Shown: one piece after another, positions 36,115-44,257 of the stretch
How the letters are laid out: each line of letters begins with the position of its first letter
Numbering within the stretch: the first letter of the stretch is position 1
NCBI GenBank assembly: GCA_030699125.1
Contig: JAUYKM010000012.1
Location: 11,159 to 75,158, forward strand
Length of the DNA stretch: 64,000 bases
Origin: Candidatus Daviesbacteria bacterium
Lineage (GTDB): Bacteria > Patescibacteriota > Microgenomatia > Daviesbacterales > UBA10151
Reading direction: 5' to 3'
Notes under the pieces: model-generated
What the model was told of the DNA's origin: nothing
The model's database searches: none
What the model saw: the letters and a program-made list of their open reading frames with translations, nothing else
Position numbers and translations under genes: made by a program

Positions 36115-37422
36115 ATGAAAATAATTGTTTTAGCAGCTGGAGAAGGGAAAAGAATGTGGCCAATTACTATAGATAAGTGCCTGATTCCTTTTCTGGGAAA
36201 GTCACTGCTTTATCATAATCTCAAAAAAATTAAAGAAAATGTGGACCCCGATTTAATCGGGGTGGATGGGGAATTTGTGATTATTTCCACTCCACAAAGC
36301 AAGGATGAAGTGACTAAAATTGCCCAAGCTTTAAATCTTAAGTTCCAACTTGTTGTACAACAACAACCCAAAGGTATGGCAGATGCGCTACTTTCCGCCA
36401 AAGAATATTTAGAGGGTGAAGTTTTGGTAGTTAATGCAGAAGATATTTTAGATGGGGAAGTGTATGGAGAAGTGGCAAAAGGTGGGGCAGATGTAGTGGT
36501 GGCTGGTTTGAAAGTAGACAAGTACTTCCCGGGTGGTTACCTGAAAGTAGATGGTGACAAGGTGGTTGGAATAGTGGAGAAACCTGGAGAGGGGAATGAG
36601 CCATCAGGTATGGTTAAGTTAGTGGTGGATTATTTTAAAGACGGGAAAAAATTGGTTGAATATTTAGAAAAAGCATCAAGCGAGCAAGATGATGTTTATG
36701 AAAAAGCTCTTGATCAGATGATTACTGATGGGATGGAGGTAAAGTTTACAAAGTATGATGGAGTTTGGATTCCATTAAAATATCCATGGCAGATTTTAGA
36801 TATCCTGGAACACTTATTACAAGATATTGAACAACAAATTTCCCCGGGTGCGAATGTGTCTGAAAAGGCCACTATTACGGGAAAAGTGATCATTGAGGAA
36901 GGGGTAAGAGTATTCGAAGGAGCTGTTATTAAGGGGCCTTGTTACATTGGCAAAAATGTCATTGTGGGAAACAATACCATGATCAGAGAGTCTGATTTGG
37001 AAGAAGGTTGTGTGACCGGATTTTCATCAGATATCACCAGATCTTATATTGGAGCCAATTCCTGGTTTCATACTAATTATATTGGAGATTCAGTAATCGA
37101 GGGGGATTTTGGCATGGGTTCAGGGGCTGTTTTGGCTAATTTACGCTTAGATGATCATACAATTCGGGTGGGAGAAGAGGAAATAGACTCAGGGCGTCAT
37201 AAGTTGGGACTTATGGCTGGTAAAGGTTCAAGAATCGCAGTAAACGCCTCTGCTATGCCTGGAGCAAGAGTGGGATCTAATTCTTTAATAGGACCAGGAG
37301 TGGTTTTATATGGGGATGTAAAAGAAAATAAAAAAGTCTTGGTAAAACAGGAGCTTGAAATAACCGAACACACCCCAGCTTTAACCAGTTATGATCAGTT
37401 TAGGGAAAAATTAAAAAAATAA
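36115..37422 (+). CDS. GlmU-like sugar-phosphate nucleotidyltransferase/acetyltransferase
   Basis: LAAGEGKRMWP..K, VEKP, C-terminal hexapeptide repeats. Confidence 0.85.
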   Translation: MKIIVLAAGEGKRMWPITIDKCLIPFLGKSLLYHNLKKIKENVDPDLIGVDGEFVIISTPQSKDEVTKIAQALNLKFQLVVQQQPKGMADALLSAKEYLEGEVLVVNAEDILDGEVYGEVAKGGADVVVAGLKVDKYFPGGYLKVDGDKVVGIVEKPGEGNEPSGMVKLVVDYFKDGKKLVEYLEKASSEQDDVYEKALDQMITDGMEVKFTKYDGVWIPLKYPWQILDILEHLLQDIEQQISPGANVSEKATITGKVIIEEGVRVFEGAVIKGPCYIGKNVIVGNNTMIRESDLEEGCVTGFSSDITRSYIGANSWFHTNYIGDSVIEGDFGMGSGAVLANLRLDDHTIRVGEEEIDSGRHKLGLMAGKGSRIAVNASAMPGARVGSNSLIGPGVVLYGDVKENKKVLVKQELEITEHTPALTSYDQFREKLKK

Positions 37423-37429
37423 TAGATAT

Positions 37430-38578
37430 ATGCTTCTTTATGAATTTGAAGGGAAAGAACTTTTTAAAAAAAGTGGAATAAATATTCCAGAAAGTCAGTT
37501 AATTAGTGGATCAGGTAATCAGTTAATTAGTATTAAAGCACCATTAATATTAAAAGCTCAGGTTTTATCTGGGAAAAGAGCAGATAGTGGTGGAATAGTA
37601 AAAGTCACAGAGATTAAAGATTTAAGATTTAAGATTAAAGAATTATTTGAGAAAACAGTAAACGGTGAGAGGGTAGAGAAAATTCTTATAGAAGAGATGG
37701 TGGAGGTAGATAAGGAATATTATCTTTCCTTTTCTTATTCAACAGAAACCAGGGGACCTGTGATGACATTTGGTGAAGGGGGTACAGGGGCTGAGGGGAA
37801 AGGGGCTAAAACAATTTCAGTTGATCCAATAAAAGGTTTTAATGGGGAGGGTTTACCTTCTGAGTTAGTCGAAGAAGGCAAAAAGTTGTGGCAACTTTTT
37901 ATAAAATATGACTGTGAATTGGCAGAAATTAACCCATTAGTTATAGACAAAAACGGCAAAATTTGGGCTTTGGATAGTAAAATAATTTTGGATGATGATG
38001 CAGATTTCAGAAGAGAAGAAAAGTTTCCGGAAAGAAATTTGTTTGGTAGAGCTTCGACTGAAAGGGAAATTGAGGCCAGAAAAATAGATGAAGGGGATCA
38101 CAAGGGTACAGCAGGTTCTGTTTATTGGGATCTTGGGGGAGATATAGCAGTAATTGCAGCAGGTGGGGGTGGTTCCATAGTCAATATGGATGCACTGATA
38201 GCTTATGGAGGTAAACCTGCCAATTATACAGAACATTCAGGAAATCCTCCTCGTGAGAAACTGAAAAAACTGACTAAGATTGTCCTCTCCAAACCTGGTT
38301 TAAAAGGATGCTGGTTTGTAGGGGGAACTGCCAATTTTACAGATATTTATGAAACCTTAATGGGATTTGTGGAAGGATTAAGGGAAATCAGCCCGAAACC
38401 TACATACCCAATTGTGATCAGGCGTGGGGGACCAAATGATAAAAAAGCTTTTGGAGAGCTAAAGGTAATTGGCAAAAAAGAAGGTTTTGATTTTCATATA
38501 TATGGCAGGGAAACACCTATGACCTCAACTGCAAAGATAATGGTTGATTTAGCCTATGGGAAACAATTGTCATCCTGA
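37430..38578 (+). CDS. ATP-citrate lyase beta-like / citryl-CoA synthetase large subunit (ATP-grasp and citrate-binding)
   Basis: LYEFEGK, EINPL, AGGGGSIV..D, ANYTEHSGNP, GGTANFTD, RRGGPN (ACL-type rather than SucC-type). Confidence 0.8.
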   Translation: MLLYEFEGKELFKKSGINIPESQLISGSGNQLISIKAPLILKAQVLSGKRADSGGIVKVTEIKDLRFKIKELFEKTVNGERVEKILIEEMVEVDKEYYLSFSYSTETRGPVMTFGEGGTGAEGKGAKTISVDPIKGFNGEGLPSELVEEGKKLWQLFIKYDCELAEINPLVIDKNGKIWALDSKIILDDDADFRREEKFPERNLFGRASTEREIEARKIDEGDHKGTAGSVYWDLGGDIAVIAAGGGGSIVNMDALIAYGGKPANYTEHSGNPPREKLKKLTKIVLSKPGLKGCWFVGGTANFTDIYETLMGFVEGLREISPKPTYPIVIRRGGPNDKKAFGELKVIGKKEGFDFHIYGRETPMTSTAKIMVDLAYGKQLSS

Positions 38579-38655
38579 GTGGAACGAAGGATCTCTAGAC
38601 TTGTTCTAGGTTCCTAGGATAAACCTAGAGATTCTTCACTACGTTCAGAATGACA
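38568..38655. repeat. TGTC...GACA double-hairpin palindromic element (supplies the stop codon of the upstream gene)
   Basis: tgtcatcctgag...gaaggatctct...agagattcttcactacgttcagaatgaca. Confidence 0.8.
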
Positions 38656-38668
38656 GAAAAGAAAAAAA

Positions 38669-39559
38669 ATGGCTATTTTAGTAAACGAAAAAACTAAAGT
38701 TTTAATACAAGGAATTACTGGCAAAGAAGGCTCAAAAGTGGCTTTGCAGATGCAAAATTATCAAACCAAAGTTTTAGCAGGAGTTACACCCGGCAAAGGT
38801 GGGCAGGAAGTGCATGGCATTCCTATATATAATACTGTGTCTGAGGCGCTAGAAAATCATCCAGGGATTAATACCTCATTTGTAGCTGTGCCTAACTTTG
38901 CGGCATATGAGGCAATTAAAGAGGCTGTAGAGGTCCGAATTCCCCTGATTAATATCTTAACTGAACATATACCAATACAAGATAGCGCCAAAGCTATTAC
39001 CCTAGCCAGGGAGGCTGGAGTAAGGATTGTCGGCCCATCATCTATTGGGATTATTTCCCCGGGAATAGGAAAAGTAGGATCGATAGGTGGAGATGACCCA
39101 AGAGGAGTTTTTAGAAAAGGAAATGTGGGGGTAATTTCCAAATCTGGGGGAATGGCCTCAGAAGTGTCATGGATACTGACTAAGAATGGAATAGGGCAAT
39201 CAACTGTGGTGGGTATAGGAGGTGATGTGTTAGTAGGTAGTAGTTTTGCAGATTTAATGGAGGATTTTGAAAAAGATCCTCAAACTGAGGCTGTAGTATT
39301 GTTTGGAGAGATTGGGGGGACATATGAGGAAGAAGCTGCAGAGCTTATTAAATCTGGTGGTTTCACAAAGAAAGCGGTGGCATTTGTATCAGGTTTATTT
39401 GCAGAAACTTTGCCTTCTGGCACAAAGTTAGGTCATGCAGGAGCAATTGTTTATGGGGAAAAGGGAAGTTATAAATCAAAAGTAAATGCCCTGGAATCTG
39501 CCGGCATCAAAATTGCCAAAACCCCAGATGAAATTCCGGAGTTTTTAAAAAATACTTGA
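38669..39559 (+). CDS. ATP-citrate lyase alpha N-terminal / SucD-like CoA-binding subunit
   Basis: QGITGKEG, GVTPGKGG, SKSGG, GIGGD, GEIGG, GHAGA phospho-His. Confidence 0.88.
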   Translation: MAILVNEKTKVLIQGITGKEGSKVALQMQNYQTKVLAGVTPGKGGQEVHGIPIYNTVSEALENHPGINTSFVAVPNFAAYEAIKEAVEVRIPLINILTEHIPIQDSAKAITLAREAGVRIVGPSSIGIISPGIGKVGSIGGDDPRGVFRKGNVGVISKSGGMASEVSWILTKNGIGQSTVVGIGGDVLVGSSFADLMEDFEKDPQTEAVVLFGEIGGTYEEEAAELIKSGGFTKKAVAFVSGLFAETLPSGTKLGHAGAIVYGEKGSYKSKVNALESAGIKIAKTPDEIPEFLKNT

Positions 39560-39585
39560 CTTTTGTAATACAAATGTAATACAAT

Positions 39586-39876
39586 ATGACTAGGATTAAG
39601 ATAAAGAAATTGGTCTGGGATGAGTGGAATATTGAGCATATAAAGAAGCACAATGTGATACAGAGTGAGGTTGAAGAAATATCTAAAAATATTATAATCC
39701 ATAAAAAGGTTAAATTAGGGAGATATTCAATATTTGGTAGAGTTAGTTCAAGAATTCTAACTGTAATTATTAATAGAAAAGCAAGCGGTATTTATTATCC
39801 GGTAACTGCAAGAGATGCAGCTAAAAAAGAAAGGAGAAAGCTATATGAAAAAGAAAAAAGGATTAAAATTTCCTAA
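39586..39876 (+). CDS. BrnT-like toxin
   Basis: LVWDEWNIEHIKKHNV...EVEE...VTARDA.KKERR.Y. Confidence 0.8.
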   Translation: MTRIKIKKLVWDEWNIEHIKKHNVIQSEVEEISKNIIIHKKVKLGRYSIFGRVSSRILTVIINRKASGIYYPVTARDAAKKERRKLYEKEKRIKIS

Positions 39877-40126
39877 TTTTAATAAAATGACCTATGAAGA
39901 AGAAACAAATTGGTGGGATACCCATGATTTGGGAGATTATTGGGATGAGATGGAAGATGTGGAGATCATTTTTGATTTAGAAAAACTTAAGGAGGAAACA
40001 TTAATCTTGCGTCTTCAAAAAGAAACAAAAGAGGAACTTGAGAAAGAAGCCAGGAAAAAAGGAATAAATGTTTCCTCGCTGGCAAGACTCTGGCTTACCC
40101 AAAGGCTTCATACAGGAGTTAAATGA
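39845..40126 (+). CDS. CopG/BrnA-like antitoxin
   Basis: EEE..WWDTHDL...LILRL...ARKKGINVSSLARLWL. Confidence 0.8.
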   Translation: MKKKKGLKFPNFNKMTYEEETNWWDTHDLGDYWDEMEDVEIIFDLEKLKEETLILRLQKETKEELEKEARKKGINVSSLARLWLTQRLHTGVK

Positions 40127-40170
40127 AAATTGCCAAAACCCCAGATGAGATTCCAGAATTACTTAGGTAA
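40126..40170 (+). pseudogene. Displaced duplicate of the ACL-alpha/SucD-like 3' end (KIAKTPDEIPELLR*)
   Basis: 23 nt identical to 39509-39531, then synonymous differences. Confidence 0.8.
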
Positions 40171-40641
40171 CAAGTACAGAAGTGACGAGTAACAAGTTAG
40201 AAAACAATTCATTGTTTGGGTACAAAAAGCTAATAGCATGGCAAAAAGCGAATGAATTGGCACATAAAGTGTATGATTTAACACTGGCTTTTCCGAGAAG
40301 TGAATTATTTGGTATTACTTCTCAACTACAAAGAGCAGTTTTATCAGTTCCATTAAACATAGTGGAGGGGCATGCAAGAAACAACAAGAAAGAGTTCCAT
40401 AGATTTCTGGCTATTTCTTTAGGATCATTAGCTGAAACAGAATATTTATTGGAGTTTGCTTATGAGAGAAAATATATAAAAGAGGAGACATTTAAGGAAA
40501 TCTGCTTGCTAAGATCTGAAGTAGGACATATAATTTGGAGGTTATATATTTCGCAGAAAGGAGGGTAACTAGTAACAAGTGACAACTAACAAGTTAAAAT
40601 ACAAATAGCTTGTGCCTTGTTACCGTTACTGTACTTGTTAC
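40167..40641. mobile_element. Putative four-helix-bundle element bounded by 13-bp inverted repeats GTAACAAGTACAG
   Basis: 40167-40179 is the exact reverse complement of 40629-40641; heptamer-repeat flanks. Confidence 0.6.
40182..40568 (+). CDS. Four helix bundle protein (23S rRNA IVP / bAvd-like family)
   Basis: YKKLIAWQKA...FPRSELFGITSQLQRAVLSVPLNIVEG...ISLGSLAET. Confidence 0.92.
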   Translation: MTSNKLENNSLFGYKKLIAWQKANELAHKVYDLTLAFPRSELFGITSQLQRAVLSVPLNIVEGHARNNKKEFHRFLAISLGSLAETEYLLEFAYERKYIKEETFKEICLLRSEVGHIIWRLYISQKGG

Positions 40642-40646
40642 AAGTC

Positions 40647-41399
40647 ATGAATGATAAGAAATGGAAGACAAGTATTGCTGGGATAGTTGATGGAGAGGTT
40701 ATTATACATGGGTATAAAGTAACAGATTTAATAGATAAAGTTAATTTTACAGAAGCAATCTGGCTTGAACTTAAAGGGGAATTGCCAACAGAAAAAGAGC
40801 GAGCCATGCTGGATGCAATATTGATTTCCACAATTGACAATGGGTTAGGTCCTCCATCTATGACTAATGCCAGAAATAGCGCCTCAGCTGGTAATCCCAT
40901 GCAGGCAGCTGTAGCTGCAGGAATTTTAGGTGTGGGAGATTTTCATGGAGGAGCAATTGAGGGCTGTGCCAAGCTCTTACAGATGGGCTTAACAGCTGAC
41001 AAACTGGTGGAAAAAGTTATTTCCTCAGGAGACAGAATAGCCGGTTTTGGCCACAAAGTTTATGAAGTAGATCCCAGAGCAACTCAAATATTTGCCAAAA
41101 GTAGAGAATTAGGCTTTTTTGGTGAACACTGCAATCTGGCCACAGAGGTGGAAAGAGTTTTGGAAGAGAAAAAGGGTAAAAAGATCCCCATTAATGTGGA
41201 CGGAGCAATAGCAGCAGTAATATCTGATATGGGATTTGACTATCGTTTAGGTAAAGGTTTTTTTCTAATAGGTAGGGTAGTGGGTCTGGTGGCCCATATC
41301 TTTGAAGAAATGGTGCGCGAGAAGCCTTACAGAAGAATTTCCTCTGAAGAAATTGAATATGACGGTGAACCTGTCAGAAAACTTGACAAAGCTAAATAA
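40647..41399 (+). CDS. Citryl-CoA lyase (citrate synthase-like)
   Basis: HGGAIE, IAGFGHKVY..DPR, INVDGAIA. Confidence 0.87.
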   Translation: MNDKKWKTSIAGIVDGEVIIHGYKVTDLIDKVNFTEAIWLELKGELPTEKERAMLDAILISTIDNGLGPPSMTNARNSASAGNPMQAAVAAGILGVGDFHGGAIEGCAKLLQMGLTADKLVEKVISSGDRIAGFGHKVYEVDPRATQIFAKSRELGFFGEHCNLATEVERVLEEKKGKKIPINVDGAIAAVISDMGFDYRLGKGFFLIGRVVGLVAHIFEEMVREKPYRRISSEEIEYDGEPVRKLDKAK

Positions 41400-41496
41400 C
41401 TTATAGTAAAATTTATATATTGACAAGCATTCTTACAATATGCTTACAATTGAAGTATCAATATCCCATTTGGGATTTTTGTTTTTTTAAAAACAT

Positions 41497-41592
41497 ATGC
41501 AAAGCTTAAGATTTTTTAATTTTTGGAAAATGTACGCTCTCTATATTGGAGGGAGCGGCTCAGTGGGCTTAAGTCCCAAGGATAAGGACTAA
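41497..41592 (+). promoter_or_regulatory. Putative aromatic-rich leader peptide (MQSLRFFNFWKMYALY...)
   Basis: 31-aa ORF immediately followed by a terminator; gggagcggct (41551-41560) can pair with agccgcccc (41601-41609). Confidence 0.45.
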
Positions 41593-41602
41593 AAGACCCC
41601 AG

Positions 41603-41628
41603 CCGCCCCGCAAAACGGGCGGTTTTTT
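41603..41628 (+). terminator. Intrinsic terminator/attenuator hairpin
   Basis: ccgccccg-caaaa-cgggcgg-tttttt. Confidence 0.75.
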
Positions 41629-41640
41629 AATGGAGGAAAT

Positions 41641-42015
41641 ATGGAAAGAGTAGAAAGAGAAAGAACTTTATCTCATAAAGAACATATTGTAGTGATAGAT
41701 AACGAGACAGACCAGACCATCTTGGCTAATGTTGAAGGTATTAAAGGACATATTCAAGAAGAGGAGTCGGGGGATATAGTCTTTGTGAAAAGTCTGGATG
41801 GTAGATCCTTTGAATTCAGTACTTTGATAAAACTCGGTCGCGGTAAGTTTACCAGTAGAGATAACAGGTATGTATTTTACAGAGCTTGTTTATTAGATCC
41901 AAAAGATCCGCAAGATCAGGAAATTATTTTAAGAGCTATAAAAACTTTCCCGCAATCCCTTAATGGTAATGGAAGCCATACCAATTCAGATCAGAATGGT
42001 CACCTTATGTCCTAG
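41641..42015 (+). CDS. Hypothetical protein
   Basis: 124-aa ORF with GGAGG SD. Confidence 0.65.
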   Translation: MERVERERTLSHKEHIVVIDNETDQTILANVEGIKGHIQEEESGDIVFVKSLDGRSFEFSTLIKLGRGKFTSRDNRYVFYRACLLDPKDPQDQEIILRAIKTFPQSLNGNGSHTNSDQNGHLMS

Positions 42016-42052
42016 TCTAACCTCTTAATTCAAATTGTGGTATATTTTAACC

Positions 42053-42091
42053 ATGCAAAAGAGAATTTTAACCGGGGATAGGCCAACTTGA
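42053..42091 (+). pseudogene. Displaced stub of the trpS 5' end (MQKRILTGDRPT*)
   Basis: Encodes the same peptide as the trpS start MKRILTGDRPT with different synonymous codons. Confidence 0.85.
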
Positions 42092-42116
42092 TTTTTGTAT
42101 AACAGTGTAATACAAT

Positions 42117-42401
42117 ATGACCAGAATAGTTGTTAAAGAATTGGTTTGGGATAAAGTAAATTTGGAGCATATTAAAAAACACAATGTTACAAAAGAAGAA
42201 GCTGAAGAGGCAAAAAACTTTATCTTGCATTGGAAGACTCATACAAAAAGATATCTGGTTGTCAGTAGGGTCGGTTCCAGATTAATATCGATGGTATTAA
42301 ATAGAAAAAGTACTGGAATATATTATTTAGTTACAGCTAGAGATAGCGGTAAAAATGAAAGAAGGAGGGTACATGATAAAGAAAAAAAGCAGAATTCCTA
42401 A
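42117..42401 (+). CDS. BrnT-like toxin (paralog of 39586-39876)
   Basis: LVWDKVNLEHIKKHNV...VTARDS. Confidence 0.8.
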   Translation: MTRIVVKELVWDKVNLEHIKKHNVTKEEAEEAKNFILHWKTHTKRYLVVSRVGSRLISMVLNRKSTGIYYLVTARDSGKNERRRVHDKEKKQNS

Positions 42402-42657
42402 ATTTAAGACTTACGAAGAAGAAGCCAACTTTTGGGATACGCATGAATTCACAGAATTTGAAGATGAGCTAGAGGATGTTGAGATAGTTTTTGAGTTGAA
42501 CAAACCCAGAGATGAAACTGTGGTTCTCCGAGTACAAAGAGAAATTAAGGAGCAACTGGATAAATTAGCCAGAAGCCGCGGCCTAAATTTATCTACTCTG
42601 GTGAGAATGTGGATGATGGAAAAGCTACAGGAAAATTTAAAGAGACCAAAATTATGA
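42373..42657 (+). CDS. CopG/BrnA-like antitoxin
   Basis: IPKFKTYEEEANFWDTH...GLNLSTLVRMW. Confidence 0.82.
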   Translation: MIKKKSRIPKFKTYEEEANFWDTHEFTEFEDELEDVEIVFELNKPRDETVVLRVQREIKEQLDKLARSRGLNLSTLVRMWMMEKLQENLKRPKL

Positions 42658-43658
42658 AACGAATTTTGACAGGAGATAGGCCGACGGGAAAGCTACATTT
42701 AGGGCACTATATAGGTAGCCTTCGCAACCGCGTGCGTTTGCAGGAGAAGTACGAGTGTTTTTTTATTATTGCTGATTTGCATACTTTAACTACCAAGCCT
42801 GAAAAAACAGCAGATCTTAAAGAAAATATTTACCAGATGGTGTTGGATTATTTATCAGTGGGAATTGATCCGCAAAAAGCCACTATTTATATTCAATCCC
42901 AAATTCCGGAAGTAGCAGAGTTGGCTATTATTTTTGGAAATCTGGTTTCCACTCCCAGACTAGAACGGGTACCAACTCTTAAAGATGTCATGAAAGATGC
43001 TCACATCACCATTCCTTCCTATGGATTACTAGGTTATCCTGTGCTTCAGGCTGCTGATATTTTGATGGTAAGAGCTAATTTGGTGCCTGTAGGGAAAGAT
43101 CAGGTATCCCATATTGAAGTAACCAGAGAAATCGCTAGGGATTTTAATAGATTATATGGTGAAAGATTACCTGTGCCAGAGGTTCTAGTGCCGCAAGATT
43201 TAGGTACTTTGCCCGGAACAGATGGATCAGGAAAGATGAGTAAGTCTGCTGGAAACGTTATTAACTTGACTGATTCCCCGGAGGAAGTGGAGAAAAAGGT
43301 GATGAGTATGTATACAGATCCTAATAGGATTCACGCAACAGATCCTGGAAAAGTAGAGGGGAATCCGGTTTTTATATATTTAAATGCTTTTTGTACAGAA
43401 GGTGACAAGGTACAAGTAACAAGTTATGAAAATCAATATAGACAGGGCCAAGTTGGTGATATTGAGGTAAAAAAGTTTCTGGCCAAAATACTCAATAATT
43501 TTTTAGATCCCATTAGAAAAAGAAGAGCTGAATTTGAAAAACAACCAGAATTAATAGAAAAAATCTTAAAAGAGGGAACTGAGAAAGCTAGAAAAGAAGC
43601 ACAAGAAACTTTAAAAGCAGTGAAAAAGGCAATGGAATTAGATTATTTTAGTGATTGA
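42654..43658 (+). CDS. trpS: Tryptophan--tRNA ligase
   Basis: TGDRPTGKLHLGH, YPVLQAADI, VPVGKDQ, KMSKS; ATG at 42654 overlaps the antitoxin stop. Confidence 0.96.
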   Translation: MKRILTGDRPTGKLHLGHYIGSLRNRVRLQEKYECFFIIADLHTLTTKPEKTADLKENIYQMVLDYLSVGIDPQKATIYIQSQIPEVAELAIIFGNLVSTPRLERVPTLKDVMKDAHITIPSYGLLGYPVLQAADILMVRANLVPVGKDQVSHIEVTREIARDFNRLYGERLPVPEVLVPQDLGTLPGTDGSGKMSKSAGNVINLTDSPEEVEKKVMSMYTDPNRIHATDPGKVEGNPVFIYLNAFCTEGDKVQVTSYENQYRQGQVGDIEVKKFLAKILNNFLDPIRKRRAEFEKQPELIEKILKEGTEKARKEAQETLKAVKKAMELDYFSD

Positions 43659-43688
43659 AATTTGTTTAACAATGTTATACAATGATTT

Positions 43689-44033
43689 ATGAATACCACT
43701 AAAAGAAAGAAAAGCAGAATTCCCAGATTTAAAAGTTATGAAGAAGAGGCAACCTGGTGGGATACTCATGATACCACAGAGTTTGAGGATGAATTTAAGC
43801 CAGTCAAGCTTGAATTTGCAAAACCCCTGGAGCATATTTTAGGAGTGAGAATGGATGGTAAAACTCTGACTCAGCTTACTGAACTAGGTAGCGAAATGGG
43901 CATAGGTCCATCAACTTTAGTCAGAATGTGGATTATGGAAAAGTTAAAATCAATACCCAAGAGATCTAAGCAATCTGAAATTTCATCTCAGGCAACACTA
44001 CATCAAATTAAAAAGCCCCAAAAACATTACTAG
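43689..44033 (+). CDS. Orphan CopG/BrnA-like antitoxin
   Basis: IPRFKSYEEEATWWDTHD...GIGPSTLVRMWI; no adjacent toxin. Confidence 0.78.
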   Translation: MNTTKRKKSRIPRFKSYEEEATWWDTHDTTEFEDEFKPVKLEFAKPLEHILGVRMDGKTLTQLTELGSEMGIGPSTLVRMWIMEKLKSIPKRSKQSEISSQATLHQIKKPQKHY

Positions 44034-44042
44034 AAGTTAAAT

Positions 44043-44168
44043 ATGAAATCACAGAGAGTCACTATTTATTTACCCTATGAGCTGGCCCAGGAATTTAAAC
44101 GAATAATTCCCAAAGGGAAACGTAGCCAGTTTATAGCTGAAGCCCTTAGAGAAAAACTCTACAAATGA
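44043..44168 (+). CDS. Short ribbon-helix-helix protein (antitoxin-like, maybe truncated)
   Basis: MKSQRVTIYLPYELAQEFKRIIPKGKRSQFIAEALREKLYK; below the ORF-track cutoff. Confidence 0.6.
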   Translation: MKSQRVTIYLPYELAQEFKRIIPKGKRSQFIAEALREKLYK

Positions 44169-44257
44169 TTTCCTTTGATAATTTTGTTAAAGTTATTCCT
44201 GGAACAAAAATCCATTAAGCATAGTTTTTGAAATACTACTGTGTTAAAATTCCCAGT

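Noticed and set aside
37430-39559. Annotation as succinyl-CoA synthetase sucCD
   Set aside because: The large subunit has ACL-type motifs (ANY.E.SGNP, ANFTD, RRGGPN) and a citryl-CoA lyase follows.
40182-40568. Avd-like gene as part of a diversity-generating retroelement
   Set aside because: No reverse transcriptase and no TR/VR pair with adenine-specific mismatches was seen in the window.
42609-42653. ORF-track N-terminal extension of trpS (also those at 27001, 40617, 44228 and 59404)
   Set aside because: The extensions overlap upstream genes or repeats; family homology begins at the downstream ATG.
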